The notes under the pieces were generated by a model that did not search any database, was not told the origin of the DNA, and saw only the letters and a program-made list of their open reading frames with translations. A program made the translations under genes and the position numbers. A stretch of DNA of 64,000 nucleotides from an uncultured virus (IMG/VR IMGVR_UViG_3300010003_000012) (taxonomy: Duplodnaviria; Heunggongvirae; Uroviricota; Caudoviricetes): the IMG/VR virus record IMGVR_UViG_3300010003_000012, one strand, 5' to 3'. Below, in pieces: positions 1 to 10,054 of the stretch. Each line of letters starts with the position of its first letter. Positions within the stretch are counted from its first letter, which is position 1.

Positions 1-144
1 GATTAACGGCTGTCTCTGGATAAGCTCTTCACGAACCCAGACCATTAGCTGATACTGATCAGCTTTCTCTTGCAAGCTGATGTTTCTATATGAGTTCAGG
101 TAGCTGATTAGCTCCATGGTAGTCCATTCTTTAACGATTTCCAT
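1..144 (-). CDS. Hypothetical protein, runs off the window edge
   Basis: ATG at 144 after AGAAGGGAG; open frame MEIVKEWTTMELISYLNS... to position 1. Confidence 0.6.
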   Translation of the reverse strand, partial: MEIVKEWTTMELISYLNSYRNISLQEKADQYQLMVWVREELIQRQPLI

Positions 145-278
145 AATCGTTCTCCCTTCTTTTGTCGCTTCCCCTCCTCACTCATTCATTTGCTTTTAAT
201 GCAATACTTTTGATTAAGGGAAGAAAGTAGAAACCTTCTTCACCTACAATAGTAACAGTTTATATAGTTATTGTCAAA

Positions 279-1355
279 TCATTTCTTGTTTTTGGCAAGG
301 AATTTTGGCTTCCGGATAGTCATCATGTTGCGACGGAAAATGACATCCTTTAGCTTCTCAATGAGCTTAGCAGAACCAAATACAAGTGGGATGACAGCCT
401 TCACAGTATCCAAGTCAATCTCACTTCCGCTTGCTTGAGGATGACCTCCGCCACCAAAGTGACTGGCAACATCTTTGCCGAGATGGATATCCTTCTTAGT
501 CGTTCGGTAAGAAACACGTTTTGCTCCAAGATCGATCATTACGATGAAGTCTAGGTCTGGATTTTGAGCTGACAACTCATTCCCTAACTCACTGATATAG
601 CGTTCTGCAAAGACTAAACCTGCTTTGCGACCAGTGATCTTAGTGACGATCATCTGCTTACCTTTCCGTTCGATGTAGTCAAGCTTGCTTTGATGATCCA
701 TTTCTAGAATGACTCGATCATCCTTCTCAAGCATCCCAATCCAACTTCCTCCGGCTACAACTCCGTGAGACAGGTTGAGCAGTCGGTCAGTGAACTTGTC
801 TGCAAACTTCTCAGCTCCGATAAGCCACATTAAATCATTGAGTGCTAGTGCTTCAGTATCGTCATTGTAATGAGTACGCCATTCCCATGAATCATATCGA
901 CGAACCTTTTCTACGAATACTTCGAGCGGATCGGAGTAGATTTCACCTTTAAAGTATCCACCTTCTGATACAAGGTAATCGTACAGCATATTCGTTCCGC
1001 TATTCTTGCCACGATGTCCATACTCGGCTACTAATGCCCAGTCATTCTCATTTAAATGCATTGCTGTAGGATGATGATCGAGTAGCTTAAATTCGACATC
1101 AGATGTCTTGACGCAGTCATTAATCAACTCTTCTACTTCCTTATTGACTGAGATGTCTGTGATCAATACTAGATCAAACCGCTTGTATTCTTCGCTGACA
1201 ATGAAGTTCTTAACCTCTTCGTTGATAGCGTCATAACCGCAATATACTACAGTAACGTCCTCAAATCCTACTCGTGATACGATACCTGATCCGACTCCAT
1301 CTAAGTCGTTGTGCGAGAAGTGCATTACCTTTAAATCTGCGTTTTCGTGTTTCAT
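279..1355 (-). CDS. DHH/DHHA1-family phosphoesterase
   Basis: SHNDLDG, LITD, LLDHH and C-terminal GGGGHPQASG motifs; start moved to the ATG after GGAGG. Confidence 0.88.
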   Translation of the reverse strand: MKHENADLKVMHFSHNDLDGVGSGIVSRVGFEDVTVVYCGYDAINEEVKNFIVSEEYKRFDLVLITDISVNKEVEELINDCVKTSDVEFKLLDHHPTAMHLNENDWALVAEYGHRGKNSGTNMLYDYLVSEGGYFKGEIYSDPLEVFVEKVRRYDSWEWRTHYNDDTEALALNDLMWLIGAEKFADKFTDRLLNLSHGVVAGGSWIGMLEKDDRVILEMDHQSKLDYIERKGKQMIVTKITGRKAGLVFAERYISELGNELSAQNPDLDFIVMIDLGAKRVSYRTTKKDIHLGKDVASHFGGGGHPQASGSEIDLDTVKAVIPLVFGSAKLIEKLKDVIFRRNMMTIRKPKFLAKNKK

Positions 1356-1394
1356 TTCTAGTTCCTCCAATGTAGTAAGTTTGTATTTGATTGA

Positions 1395-1691
1395 TTAGAC
1401 AGCTTTACGACGTTTGCCGAGTGATTGACGCATTGATTCACGACGCTCAGCTCGAGCTTCGAGTACCTCTTCAGAAGGCAAGAACTTGCCATCTTGTTGA
1501 ATTAACTGGCGCTGACGACGAATTGATTCCGGAAGAGTAGCTTTCATCAGGAATGTCTTTGCTCCTGATTGATTAAGGTCAACACCGTCAACCTCTTTCC
1601 AATACAAGACAAACAACAACTTATCGTCTGCCCGTGCTTCTTCGTGTTTTGCCAACAGTGCTTCTACGTTTTCTCGAATTGTCTTTTTCAT
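1395..1691 (-). CDS. Hypothetical protein
   Basis: 98-aa ORF with AGGAGG RBS. Confidence 0.75.
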   Translation of the reverse strand: MKKTIRENVEALLAKHEEARADDKLLFVLYWKEVDGVDLNQSGAKTFLMKATLPESIRRQRQLIQQDGKFLPSEEVLEARAERRESMRQSLGKRRKAV

Positions 1692-1753
1692 GATTAATAA
1701 TTCCTCCTATTATTGGTATGTATTATGGTGGGGAGATTGCTCTCCCCGATTGA

Positions 1754-2056
1754 TTAGATTAGTCCACGTTGTGAAAGGATACGTTTTACACTTGTCTGAC
1801 CTACGCCAGAATAGCGATCGATAACCGACCCATCTTCAGCGAGAAGAATGAGTGTCGGAGTTTTCATGATTTCATGATCTCCGGCAAGCTCCATGACGGC
1901 ATCCTCGTCAGAAGAGATTAACTCTCCTGTTGATCCGACGATTGTCCCTTGAGAGATGTTGATCGTCTCATCAGCTTTGACGCCTAGTTCTCCAAGGAAG
2001 TTCTCAAGCATCTTGCATGGAGTACAGTTTGTTTGTTCGAATTTGATTAATTTCAT
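1754..2056 (-). CDS. Thioredoxin/NrdH-like redoxin
   Basis: CTPC active site, KTPTL cis-Pro motif; directly downstream of nrdF. Confidence 0.88.
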   Translation of the reverse strand: MKLIKFEQTNCTPCKMLENFLGELGVKADETINISQGTIVGSTGELISSDEDAVMELAGDHEIMKTPTLILLAEDGSVIDRYSGVGQTSVKRILSQRGLI

Positions 2057-2094
2057 AAGATCACCTTTTCAATGTTATTTGCAATACTTTTGTT

Positions 2095-3204
2095 TTATAC
2101 AAGTTCATCAGAGAGATTGGGGAACTGGAAGTCCGCATCTCCGAGTGGACGGTGTTTTGCTTTCTGATATGCACTCTTAGTAGAGAAGAAGTCATTCGTT
2201 TCTGTCTCAGTGCTAAGACCATTGAGTACGATTGGGTTGATGCGATGCTCTTTGTAGACTGGATCTTTACCCAAGTTCATCATTGCTTTGTTCGCATTGT
2301 ACTCAAGGAATCGTTTCACTTCATGATCCATGCCAATGTGAGCATAAATCGTTTCAGTGTACTTGTATTCGTTCTCCATGAGTTCTTCAAGACTAGCTTG
2401 AGTCTCATAGTCAACTTCAGACTGCTCTTGAGGAGTAAGCTCACGGTAGAGTTCCTGAGCCAATAGTCCAACGTATACACCGTGGATTGATTCGTCTTCA
2501 ATGATTTTCTTAACGATCTGTCCGCTTGCTACCATCTTGCCGTTTCCGGATAGATATAGTGGGAGGAAGAATCCGCTATAGAATAAGAATGATTCGAGCA
2601 TTACTGAAGCCATCATAGCCAAGTACAGAGACTTCTTATCTGTGATGTTTTCGTAGTAATGAGAGACATGCTCCGCTTTGAATTGAAGCTGAGGATTGTC
2701 CTCGACCCATTCGAATGCTTGATCAATTTCGATTTCGCTATCGATCAATGTAGTGAAGATCGTAGAGTAAGACTTAGCATGAATGTTCTCCATCATTCCC
2801 ATGAATGAAAGAACTGCCTTGCGTTGAGGATCTTCAACATGCTCTGCAATCTTAGGCATCCCGACTGTTCCCTGCTTCGTATCAAGAAGTGTCAGTCCGG
2901 CTAGAACACGTTTGTATGCTTCTTTCGTCTCTTCGTCTAAACGACTCCAGACAACTTTGTCTTTTGTAGGAGAGAATTCAGTATCAATCCACATCTGACT
3001 TAAGTTCTGCTCCCAGAAGCTCTGAGTGAATGAATCCGTCTCTCGGTTCCAGTTCACGGCTTTATGGATTCGTGGAGCCTCATGCTGACCAACGTACTCA
3101 CGAGTTTCAATGATTTCTGATACTACTCCTTCAGTTGGCGTTCCATTCTGAAGGTATCCATATGATTGCTTTGGTGCAACAGCGTTGAGTAATGGCTTAG
3201 TCAT
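2095..3204 (-). CDS. nrdF: Class Ib ribonucleotide reductase beta subunit
   Basis: KAVNWN, LTLLDT, MENIHAKSYS, LESFLFYSGF, DESIHG motifs; likely start ATG 3204 overlaps the upstream stop region. Confidence 0.95.
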   Translation of the reverse strand: MTKPLLNAVAPKQSYGYLQNGTPTEGVVSEIIETREYVGQHEAPRIHKAVNWNRETDSFTQSFWEQNLSQMWIDTEFSPTKDKVVWSRLDEETKEAYKRVLAGLTLLDTKQGTVGMPKIAEHVEDPQRKAVLSFMGMMENIHAKSYSTIFTTLIDSEIEIDQAFEWVEDNPQLQFKAEHVSHYYENITDKKSLYLAMMASVMLESFLFYSGFFLPLYLSGNGKMVASGQIVKKIIEDESIHGVYVGLLAQELYRELTPQEQSEVDYETQASLEELMENEYKYTETIYAHIGMDHEVKRFLEYNANKAMMNLGKDPVYKEHRINPIVLNGLSTETETNDFFSTKSAYQKAKHRPLGDADFQFPNLSDELV

Positions 3205-3649
3205 TGACGGACACCTTCCAACCTTTATGAGTTTTCTGCTCACCTGAGAGGAGGCGTTCTACTGCTTCCATGTCAAGATCGTTTTCAGATACGAATGCTT
3301 CTAGATCTTCGACTTCGATTGGATCAGCATCTTTGAATGAAGCCGTGTAGGTTGTCTTAACGGGTACTTCTGTGTCGACTTCTTCTGTCGATGCAACTGA
3401 CAGCTCTTCTGGAGCTTCTTCCGGAGCCGGAAATTCGTCAATTGGTTCTGCTTGAGGTAATTCCTCTACAGGAGCTAGTTGAGACTCATCGATGCAGTCA
3501 CCTTTTGCAACTTCGCTCTCTTTAAATACTTGCTCTTTGCCATTCGCCAAGAACTTCACTCGGCAATATTGTACCGTCTCGCCATTTTCGTTTTGTAGGC
3601 TGAATCGATTGATGATGTTATACGATTGTCCTTGTTTATTAATCTTCAA
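3197..3649 (-). CDS. Homing-endonuclease-derived DNA-binding protein with an acidic linker and no visible nuclease core
   Basis: N-terminal beta module (NKQG..YNII..RVKF..G..G.C.D), E/P-rich linker, C-terminal NUMOD1/IENR1-like segment (LLSGEQKTHKGW); TTG at 3649 follows GGAGG. Confidence 0.55.
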   Translation of the reverse strand: MKINKQGQSYNIINRFSLQNENGETVQYCRVKFLANGKEQVFKESEVAKGDCIDESQLAPVEELPQAEPIDEFPAPEEAPEELSVASTEEVDTEVPVKTTYTASFKDADPIEVEDLEAFVSENDLDMEAVERLLSGEQKTHKGWKVSVND

Positions 3650-3752
3650 ATTATGTTCCTCCGATATCTTGATACTCAAGAGGTCTTTTCATTTCCCCTT
3701 CGACCTCTTTATCGTATCATTTGTTTATTTTAATTGCAATACTTTTGTTTAG

Positions 3753-5846
3753 TTAAACTGAGCAAGATAAGCATTCTTCTTGTGAAGAAGTCTTAGTCCG
3801 AGTGTAGTAAAGAGTTTTCAGGTTCCGCTTGTGGGCATAGATGTAATAACGAGCAAGATCACCGTCAGTAATCGTATTGCCGTCTACGAACAGCGTTGTT
3901 GAAATCGACTGATCGACGTGTTCCTGAATGACAGAGATAAGGTCAATGACTTTGAACATATCCATGTCATATGCTTCTTTAAAGTAGAAGAAGTTAGACG
4001 CATCCATGAATGGCATCGGGTAGTGAGTCGTGCTATCGCCATACTTACGAGTCTCAATCTTCTCTGTGATCGGCATGACGCCCTGCGTACTGTTCTGAAC
4101 ATAACTGATTGATCCTGTCGGAGCAATAGCCATCAAGTAAGCTGAGAAGATTCCGTACTTCTTGATCGATACAATAAGCTTCGCCCAGTCTTCTTGAGTT
4201 GGAATATACATTCCTTCAAAGAGCTTTTGTGCTTTCTCTGACTTAGGAGCATAGCTCTTCTCGACATACTTGCTGAGGATCGTACCTTTTGCATATTCAG
4301 ACTTCTCAAAGCCTTCAAACGCACCGTACTCCATAGCAATCTCATTACTCCGCTTCAATGCATAGAAACGCATCATCATGAAGAATGTATTGGCGAAGTC
4401 TCGAGCAATCTTGCTCTCATATCCAATTCGGTTCTTGGCAAGATACCCATGAAGATTCATAGCTCCTAGACCGATCGAGTGGAACGCATCGTTGGCTTTC
4501 TTGACTGAAGGCACCTCGGTGATATCAGTCTTACGTGTCACGGTAGTCAATGCATCGACAGCCACGGTAATCGCACTCTCGAAGTCTTTGTTTTCCATGA
4601 TGCTAGCGATATTGACTGATCCCAAGTTACAAGAGATATCGTATCCAAACGTATCAACGCCTTTGTATGACTGGATGTCAGAAGGAGTTTGCAACTGCAT
4701 GATCTCAACGCAAAGATTGGACATCTTGATGTCTCCGATATCTTTGAGCATGTGAGTTTTGTTGGCAACGTCACGGTTCATGATATAAGGATATCCAGAT
4801 TCAATCTGAGTACGACCAATCTCTTCGAAGAACGAACGTGCCTCTCCCATCGGCTTCTTGCGAACGTTAGGGTTGTTGATCAGTTTCTCGTACCACTCAT
4901 CCATATTCATGTCATCGAGATGAATACCGTACTCTTTAAAGACTGTATAAGGATAGAATGAGAACCACTCTTCTCCGTTTTCAGCTAATTCGTACAGCTT
5001 GCTCGGAATGATTACACCAACTGAAAGTGATTTAAGACGCTCTTTCTCATCTGCATTAATCCGCTTCGTAGCAAGGATTGCTTTTGAATCAGAGTGGAAT
5101 GCATTGACGTAGATCGCTCCTGCGCCTTCACGCTGACCAAGCTGATTAAACTTAGACAAGATGTCCTCAAGGATTTTAGCAATACCTACGATAGAAGTAG
5201 ATGCTCCTTGAATACCTTTGATCTCATCTCCAAGACTACGGAGCTTAGAAAGGTTGACTGCTACTCCACCGCCAAAACGTGATAATTGGGCAACGGCTTC
5301 GTTTACATACATGATCCCTTCTGTACTGTCCGGCATCTCGAGTAGGAAACAAGATACTAAGCGACCTGCCCGTGAACGTCCGGCATTCAGGAATGTAGGA
5401 GTTGCAGGCTGATAATTCTGTTTGATGAGCTGATCCGCAATCTTTTTAGCGAGATTAAAGTCTCCATCTGCTAAGAACAATGCATTGACAGCTAATCGAT
5501 CTTCGTACCGCTCCAAGAATCGCTCTCCATCATTTGTTTTGAGAGCGTAGTTATTATAGAACTTGAATGCACTCATGAATGATTGGAAGCGGAATTTGTG
5601 TTGATACAAGATGTTGAAGATCTCTTCAACTTGACTGAATTCGTACTTATCAAACAGCTCTTTGTCATAATAGTCATTGTTGACCATGTACTTGATTCGC
5701 TCTTCGAGATCATGGAAGAACTGTACATTCTTATTTACATGCTCGAGGAAATAGGTCTTTACGGCTTCCTTATCCTTTTCGAATTGGAATTGACCATCCT
5801 CACCTTTAATTTTTACTTCGTTATTTAGCTCGATCCATTTTGACAA
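3753..5846 (-). CDS. nrdE: Class Ib ribonucleotide reductase alpha subunit
   Basis: PATPTFLNAG, SCFLL, SNLCVEI, CNLGS, APTGSIS motifs and C-terminal CLSC. Confidence 0.97.
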   Translation of the reverse strand: MSKWIELNNEVKIKGEDGQFQFEKDKEAVKTYFLEHVNKNVQFFHDLEERIKYMVNNDYYDKELFDKYEFSQVEEIFNILYQHKFRFQSFMSAFKFYNNYALKTNDGERFLERYEDRLAVNALFLADGDFNLAKKIADQLIKQNYQPATPTFLNAGRSRAGRLVSCFLLEMPDSTEGIMYVNEAVAQLSRFGGGVAVNLSKLRSLGDEIKGIQGASTSIVGIAKILEDILSKFNQLGQREGAGAIYVNAFHSDSKAILATKRINADEKERLKSLSVGVIIPSKLYELAENGEEWFSFYPYTVFKEYGIHLDDMNMDEWYEKLINNPNVRKKPMGEARSFFEEIGRTQIESGYPYIMNRDVANKTHMLKDIGDIKMSNLCVEIMQLQTPSDIQSYKGVDTFGYDISCNLGSVNIASIMENKDFESAITVAVDALTTVTRKTDITEVPSVKKANDAFHSIGLGAMNLHGYLAKNRIGYESKIARDFANTFFMMMRFYALKRSNEIAMEYGAFEGFEKSEYAKGTILSKYVEKSYAPKSEKAQKLFEGMYIPTQEDWAKLIVSIKKYGIFSAYLMAIAPTGSISYVQNSTQGVMPITEKIETRKYGDSTTHYPMPFMDASNFFYFKEAYDMDMFKVIDLISVIQEHVDQSISTTLFVDGNTITDGDLARYYIYAHKRNLKTLYYTRTKTSSQEECLSCSV

Positions 5847-5849
5847 ACT

Positions 5850-6230
5850 TCATCTTCCCTTCAATAGTTCTTTGATTTTGGTTGCTACTAAAGCAACATC
5901 GGAATCAAAACCTGACTTTTCGAAGGTATGAAGCAAAGGTACGTTGAACTGATTTGAGATATCTATAGATGCCTTGCAGAATCTATGAGTTCCCCAGTTG
6001 CGCTCTCCGCTTCCTGCGACAGCTATGATGTTGTCACCGCATCTCTGCATGAACCCTTGGACTTCTCGAGGAATATCTCCGGAGCCAAACGTATAAGTGA
6101 TCAGTATGAACGGATCGTTAATCGTCGTGTCTCTGTTGATTTTAACAAGCTTCAATTCCGGAACTTCTACTTGAAGCTTCTCGGTAAAACTCTTTACCTT
6201 TCCAGTCAATGATGCATAAGCAACAATCAT
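5850..6230 (-). CDS. nrdI: Flavodoxin NrdI
   Basis: YASLTGKV, LITYTFG, GSGERNWG, FEKSG motifs; directly upstream of nrdE. Confidence 0.93.
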   Translation of the reverse strand: MIVAYASLTGKVKSFTEKLQVEVPELKLVKINRDTTINDPFILITYTFGSGDIPREVQGFMQRCGDNIIAVAGSGERNWGTHRFCKASIDISNQFNVPLLHTFEKSGFDSDVALVATKIKELLKGR

Positions 6231-6298
6231 AATTCGCACTCTCCCTTTGCAATACTTTCGTTTAACGTGAGGTTTTGAATTCATCACATTACCTTTAA

Positions 6299-6338
6299 AT
6301 TATAGCATCATTGGTATTAAGTTGCAATACTTTCGCTT
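6299..6338 (-). promoter_or_regulatory. nrdI promoter with the motif overlapping -35
   Basis: TTGCAA-17-TATAAT with extended TG. Confidence 0.75.
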
Positions 6339-8626
6339 TGTTTATTTTTCAATTTGGCTTCCTCAACGATATTCACCTGAACTAATAAGTCGGTTAAATA
6401 CGTCCGCTTCTTAGCTACGTCATCCTTCTTGATTGCCGATCGCAATGTAGACTTCGTACAGATAACGACACAATGCTTCTGAGTACGTGTAATTGCTGTG
6501 TAGATGATTTGTCGGTTGTTCAGCAGATAATGGAACGGGAAGGCTACGATGATAATCTTGGACGATGATCCCTGACTCTTATGCACTGTGATGCAGTATG
6601 CCAGTTCGATTGATCGAAGTGAATCCTCGTAAATCTTAAGTCGCCCAATCCCCTCGAAGTCGATAAGAGCATACTTTCCGTCGTCATCGCTTGAGAAGTA
6701 TTCCAAGATCCCGATACTACCATTGAATACTGGAGAAATGATTCCATCTTCCGTTTCAGACTTATAGTTATTCTTGACGTTGATAACCTTGTCGCCTTCA
6801 CGAAGAATGTAGTCGGTACCCTTTTCTTTATTACCCATCTCTACTTGCTGACGAGTCTCGTCCTGCGGATTGTATATCTTTTGACAGGCTCGGTTAAGCG
6901 AGAGACAGGAGTTATTGCCTCGGTTTCGAACCTGAGTGAGAATCTGAACATCCTTAATGTCTTCTGTTTGAATATGCTTATAGAACTCCTTGACGACATT
7001 CACAAAGATCTCCTCATCTTCATCTACTAATAGATACTCCAAGTCCTGAAGTTCACCCCGAATGATTCGACCAGAACTCTCTTTGACAGGGTTCTTACCT
7101 TGTCGAATGGCAATCGAATCCGTTACAACGGCTGATTTCTGTGCCTGACGGTGAATCTGAGTTAGTGTTTTAGTGACAATCAGTCCTGACTGAATCATTG
7201 GTACCATGATAGGGATTCCGATTGATTCCAACTGCTGACTATCTCCAAGCATGATCAGCTTTGCTCCGGTGCGGATTGCACGAAGTAGAGATACGAAAAT
7301 GTTAGCATCAACCATGGAAATCTCATCGACAACAATAATGTCGTAAGGAAGAGGGTTCTTCTTATTGTAACTGAAGTCCTTTAGTTCATGGTTGTAAGCA
7401 AGAAGTCGGTGAATCGTACTACCGTCCTTCCCAGTAACAATAGCAAGGTTATTCGATGCCTTTCCGGATAGCGCACACTGAGCATAGATGTATCCATAGC
7501 TCTCCAATACATCGACGACTGCTTTCAGGATGGTTGTCTTACCTGTACCACCATAACCTTGTAGGAGGCTTACGTTGTTCTCAAACATCATGACCATGGC
7601 TTCATTCTTCTGCTCATCGGTGAATTCCCACCCTTGCTCCTCTTCCATCTTGGCAATCATAATCTCCCAATTGGAATAGCGGAACTTGTAAGTCGAGCGA
7701 TTCAATCGAATAAGCTCCATTGCCACTTCAGCTTCAGTCTTTACATACGATAGTAATGATACACGCTTCTTATCTGAGCTGAGAAGGTATTTATCAGGGT
7801 TCTTTAAGAGGATTTCTCCTACGAGATTCTTGTCTGCGTTCGGGATATACGTGAACGTTGCATTCAGAACATCGATTGGAGACGTCCAAGTGTGACCTTT
7901 ATCTACTTCTTCTTGTAAGAAGTGACTCAGGAAGGCATCGATTCGAATTGGTGCATTTCGATCCCCACCAGTCTTGACATAGATTTCATCACACTTCTTG
8001 AATCCATATCCTTCATAGCGCTTTAGATCATATGGATTCTCCAATACACGCTGTACGGCAAGTTCAGGACTTCCATAGAACTTACAAATCTTCCGGATAA
8101 CGTCCGGTGAGATATCGTACTTCGTCAGTTCGATATAAGCGAATGAGTAGTCCTTTTGCTCGTCGTATTTATTGATAATCTTCTCTGCAGTGCGCAATCC
8201 AATACCCTTGGCTTCTGTGAGCTTCTCTGCCTCAGAATTATCAATGACCGACATCGGATCATCAAAAGCCTCAAACAGAGATTTGACTTGTCGAGCGGTT
8301 AAAAACGTTCTAAGAAATGCCTCGACCGACTTCTTATCTGACTTCTCCAGTTGAACGTTCTGTCGCATGAATAACGGCTTATAGCTGACGCCAAACGTCG
8401 AATGACGACTTTCCTCTTCGATGTTAAAGTAATAGTCTGTATTCGGATCTAGAGACGGAAGGTCTCCTTTAATGGTAAATGTCTTATACTCTTTGTGTAG
8501 CTCAATCTCTCCCTCTTCGATCTTAACAGCTTCGAATGTAGCAATTGTGAATCCGCCTTGAGACGATCTGACTCCTTTTGGGAATAAGATTCGCTTCATA
8601 CGAGCGATTCCTTTTACGACTGTCAT
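6317..8626 (-). CDS. recD2: RecD2-like SF1B helicase
   Basis: HhH KGIG, Walker A GYGGTGKT, STIHRLL, VDEISM, LGDSQQL, ITVHKSQGS, YTAITR. Confidence 0.92.
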   Translation of the reverse strand: MTVVKGIARMKRILFPKGVRSSQGGFTIATFEAVKIEEGEIELHKEYKTFTIKGDLPSLDPNTDYYFNIEEESRHSTFGVSYKPLFMRQNVQLEKSDKKSVEAFLRTFLTARQVKSLFEAFDDPMSVIDNSEAEKLTEAKGIGLRTAEKIINKYDEQKDYSFAYIELTKYDISPDVIRKICKFYGSPELAVQRVLENPYDLKRYEGYGFKKCDEIYVKTGGDRNAPIRIDAFLSHFLQEEVDKGHTWTSPIDVLNATFTYIPNADKNLVGEILLKNPDKYLLSSDKKRVSLLSYVKTEAEVAMELIRLNRSTYKFRYSNWEIMIAKMEEEQGWEFTDEQKNEAMVMMFENNVSLLQGYGGTGKTTILKAVVDVLESYGYIYAQCALSGKASNNLAIVTGKDGSTIHRLLAYNHELKDFSYNKKNPLPYDIIVVDEISMVDANIFVSLLRAIRTGAKLIMLGDSQQLESIGIPIMVPMIQSGLIVTKTLTQIHRQAQKSAVVTDSIAIRQGKNPVKESSGRIIRGELQDLEYLLVDEDEEIFVNVVKEFYKHIQTEDIKDVQILTQVRNRGNNSCLSLNRACQKIYNPQDETRQQVEMGNKEKGTDYILREGDKVINVKNNYKSETEDGIISPVFNGSIGILEYFSSDDDGKYALIDFEGIGRLKIYEDSLRSIELAYCITVHKSQGSSSKIIIVAFPFHYLLNNRQIIYTAITRTQKHCVVICTKSTLRSAIKKDDVAKKRTYLTDLLVQVNIVEEAKLKNKQSESIAT

Positions 8627-8749
8627 ATTAAATCCTCCTTTTAATTGCAATACTTTTGTTTAGTTATAGGCTTCTAAATAGAGTTTGACACTCTATTTGA
8701 GCCTACGCCATATCATATCAATCCACTATTTTATTGTCAATACTTTTGC

Positions 8750-9088
8750 TTAACCTCTGTATTCTTTATCTCGATCAAGCTTCACCTTGATCGCTTCAAG
8801 GATGCTTTGACTGTCCCTGATGATTTCGACGTGCTTCCGATGAAACGTCGTCCGTATTTTATGCTGAGCATATCTAATATCCTGTCGTGATACCACGACC
8901 ATCCGGAGACAGTCGTGTACACCTTGAAGTTCGCCAACTGATTCCTTGGCTATGCAACGCCTAGGAGTAATGTAGAAGCTGTCAGATTCATCGGTTGCAC
9001 TCAGAGATGTAATCGTCTCTTTATATGTTCCATGAGATGTCTTGCCGACAACGACGTACAATTCTGTCCTGTGAGGCACTGTAAACAC
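8750..9088 (-). CDS. Hypothetical protein
   Basis: Co-oriented ORF in the operon. Confidence 0.6.
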   Translation of the reverse strand: MFTVPHRTELYVVVGKTSHGTYKETITSLSATDESDSFYITPRRCIAKESVGELQGVHDCLRMVVVSRQDIRYAQHKIRTTFHRKHVEIIRDSQSILEAIKVKLDRDKEYRG

Positions 9089-9099
9089 TTCCTTTGTTG

Positions 9100-9285
9100 T
9101 TATTCTACTACGTCAAATTGATAAGCGTAGTCCCACTTCCAATTTCCCTTGTCGCAGAAGAGAAAAAGAGTTTCGCCTTGCGGTAGCTCAACGCCCTCTT
9201 TTTCTTCGAAGCGGACTCCGTAAACATTTTGAATCTCTGGATTTGGATTAGGGATCTCCGTTTTGTACTTCACTTTAAATAACAT
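9100..9285 (-). CDS. Hypothetical protein
   Basis: Short ORF with AGGAGG RBS. Confidence 0.65.
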   Translation of the reverse strand: MLFKVKYKTEIPNPNPEIQNVYGVRFEEKEGVELPQGETLFLFCDKGNWKWDYAYQFDVVE

Positions 9286-9378
9286 TGTATTTCCTCCTGA
9301 AATCGTTGGAAGCGAACGGATGTACCGCTTCTCTTGCGTTTAGTGTATACGATTTCAGGAATCAATGGAAATAATACG

Positions 9379-9573
9379 TTATGGTAATTTTTTACTTGTT
9401 GTGAATGTCGGAATGAACTCCATTTTTACATTGAACTCCTTGAGACACTTTTCATTCGAACATACCAGAGTAAACTCCGACTCCTCTGCCTCGAGATCCG
9501 CCCAATCCTGATAGTCCTTCTCTTCGTGTCCGCAGTATGGGCATACGGCTACACCTTTTTGCTTCAGCTCCAT
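9379..9573 (-). CDS. Small zinc-ribbon protein
   Basis: CPYCG...CSNEKC cysteine pairs; GAGGAGG upstream. Confidence 0.65.
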   Translation of the reverse strand: MELKQKGVAVCPYCGHEEKDYQDWADLEAEESEFTLVCSNEKCLKEFNVKMEFIPTFTTSKKLP

Positions 9574-9574
9574 C

Positions 9575-9931
9575 TCAATCCTCCTCTTCCTCAAACTGCT
9601 TCTTCAGTTTTTGATATAATTCGTAGTCTGCTTTTCGCTTCTTCTCTTTTCGAATCTCAGCAACTTCGTCCTCGAAGTTCTCAAAGATTTCCGGATAAAG
9701 CTTTCTGACTCGGCTTGCAGTTTTGTCATACTCCAAGATTAAATCCTTTATTTCATAGAAATCGAGCATTTTAATGTCAAGATCTTCGAAGCCACTATTT
9801 TTCGGTTTGAAGGCGAACAGCTCTTTTTCAGAAGTTATTAGAAGGATGTAGTTCTTGTCCTCGCCATAAACTTTCTCTTGAAATATGATAGTTTTACCAA
9901 TGATTTCTTCTAGACTAGTTAAAGCTTTCAT
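9575..9931 (-). CDS. Hypothetical protein
   Basis: AAGGAG RBS, co-oriented. Confidence 0.7.
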   Translation of the reverse strand: MKALTSLEEIIGKTIIFQEKVYGEDKNYILLITSEKELFAFKPKNSGFEDLDIKMLDFYEIKDLILEYDKTASRVRKLYPEIFENFEDEVAEIRKEKKRKADYELYQKLKKQFEEEED

Positions 9932-10054
9932 GTTTATCGACTACTCCTTTTATTTTCTGGTCGCTGAACTCCGTACCGAGCTTACATTTTTGGCTAATAA
10001 AACAGTGGTTTCATTAACAGTTTGATCAAGAATACGAAATCAGCAACGCTAGTG

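Noticed and set aside
279..1355. RecJ (YorK-like) exonuclease
   Set aside because: Too short and without an evident OB extension; fits a stand-alone DHH/DHHA1 phosphoesterase better
2095..5846. Group I introns or an intein in nrdE/nrdF, as in SPbeta
   Set aside because: Both frames are continuous and close to normal length; no intein splice motifs seen
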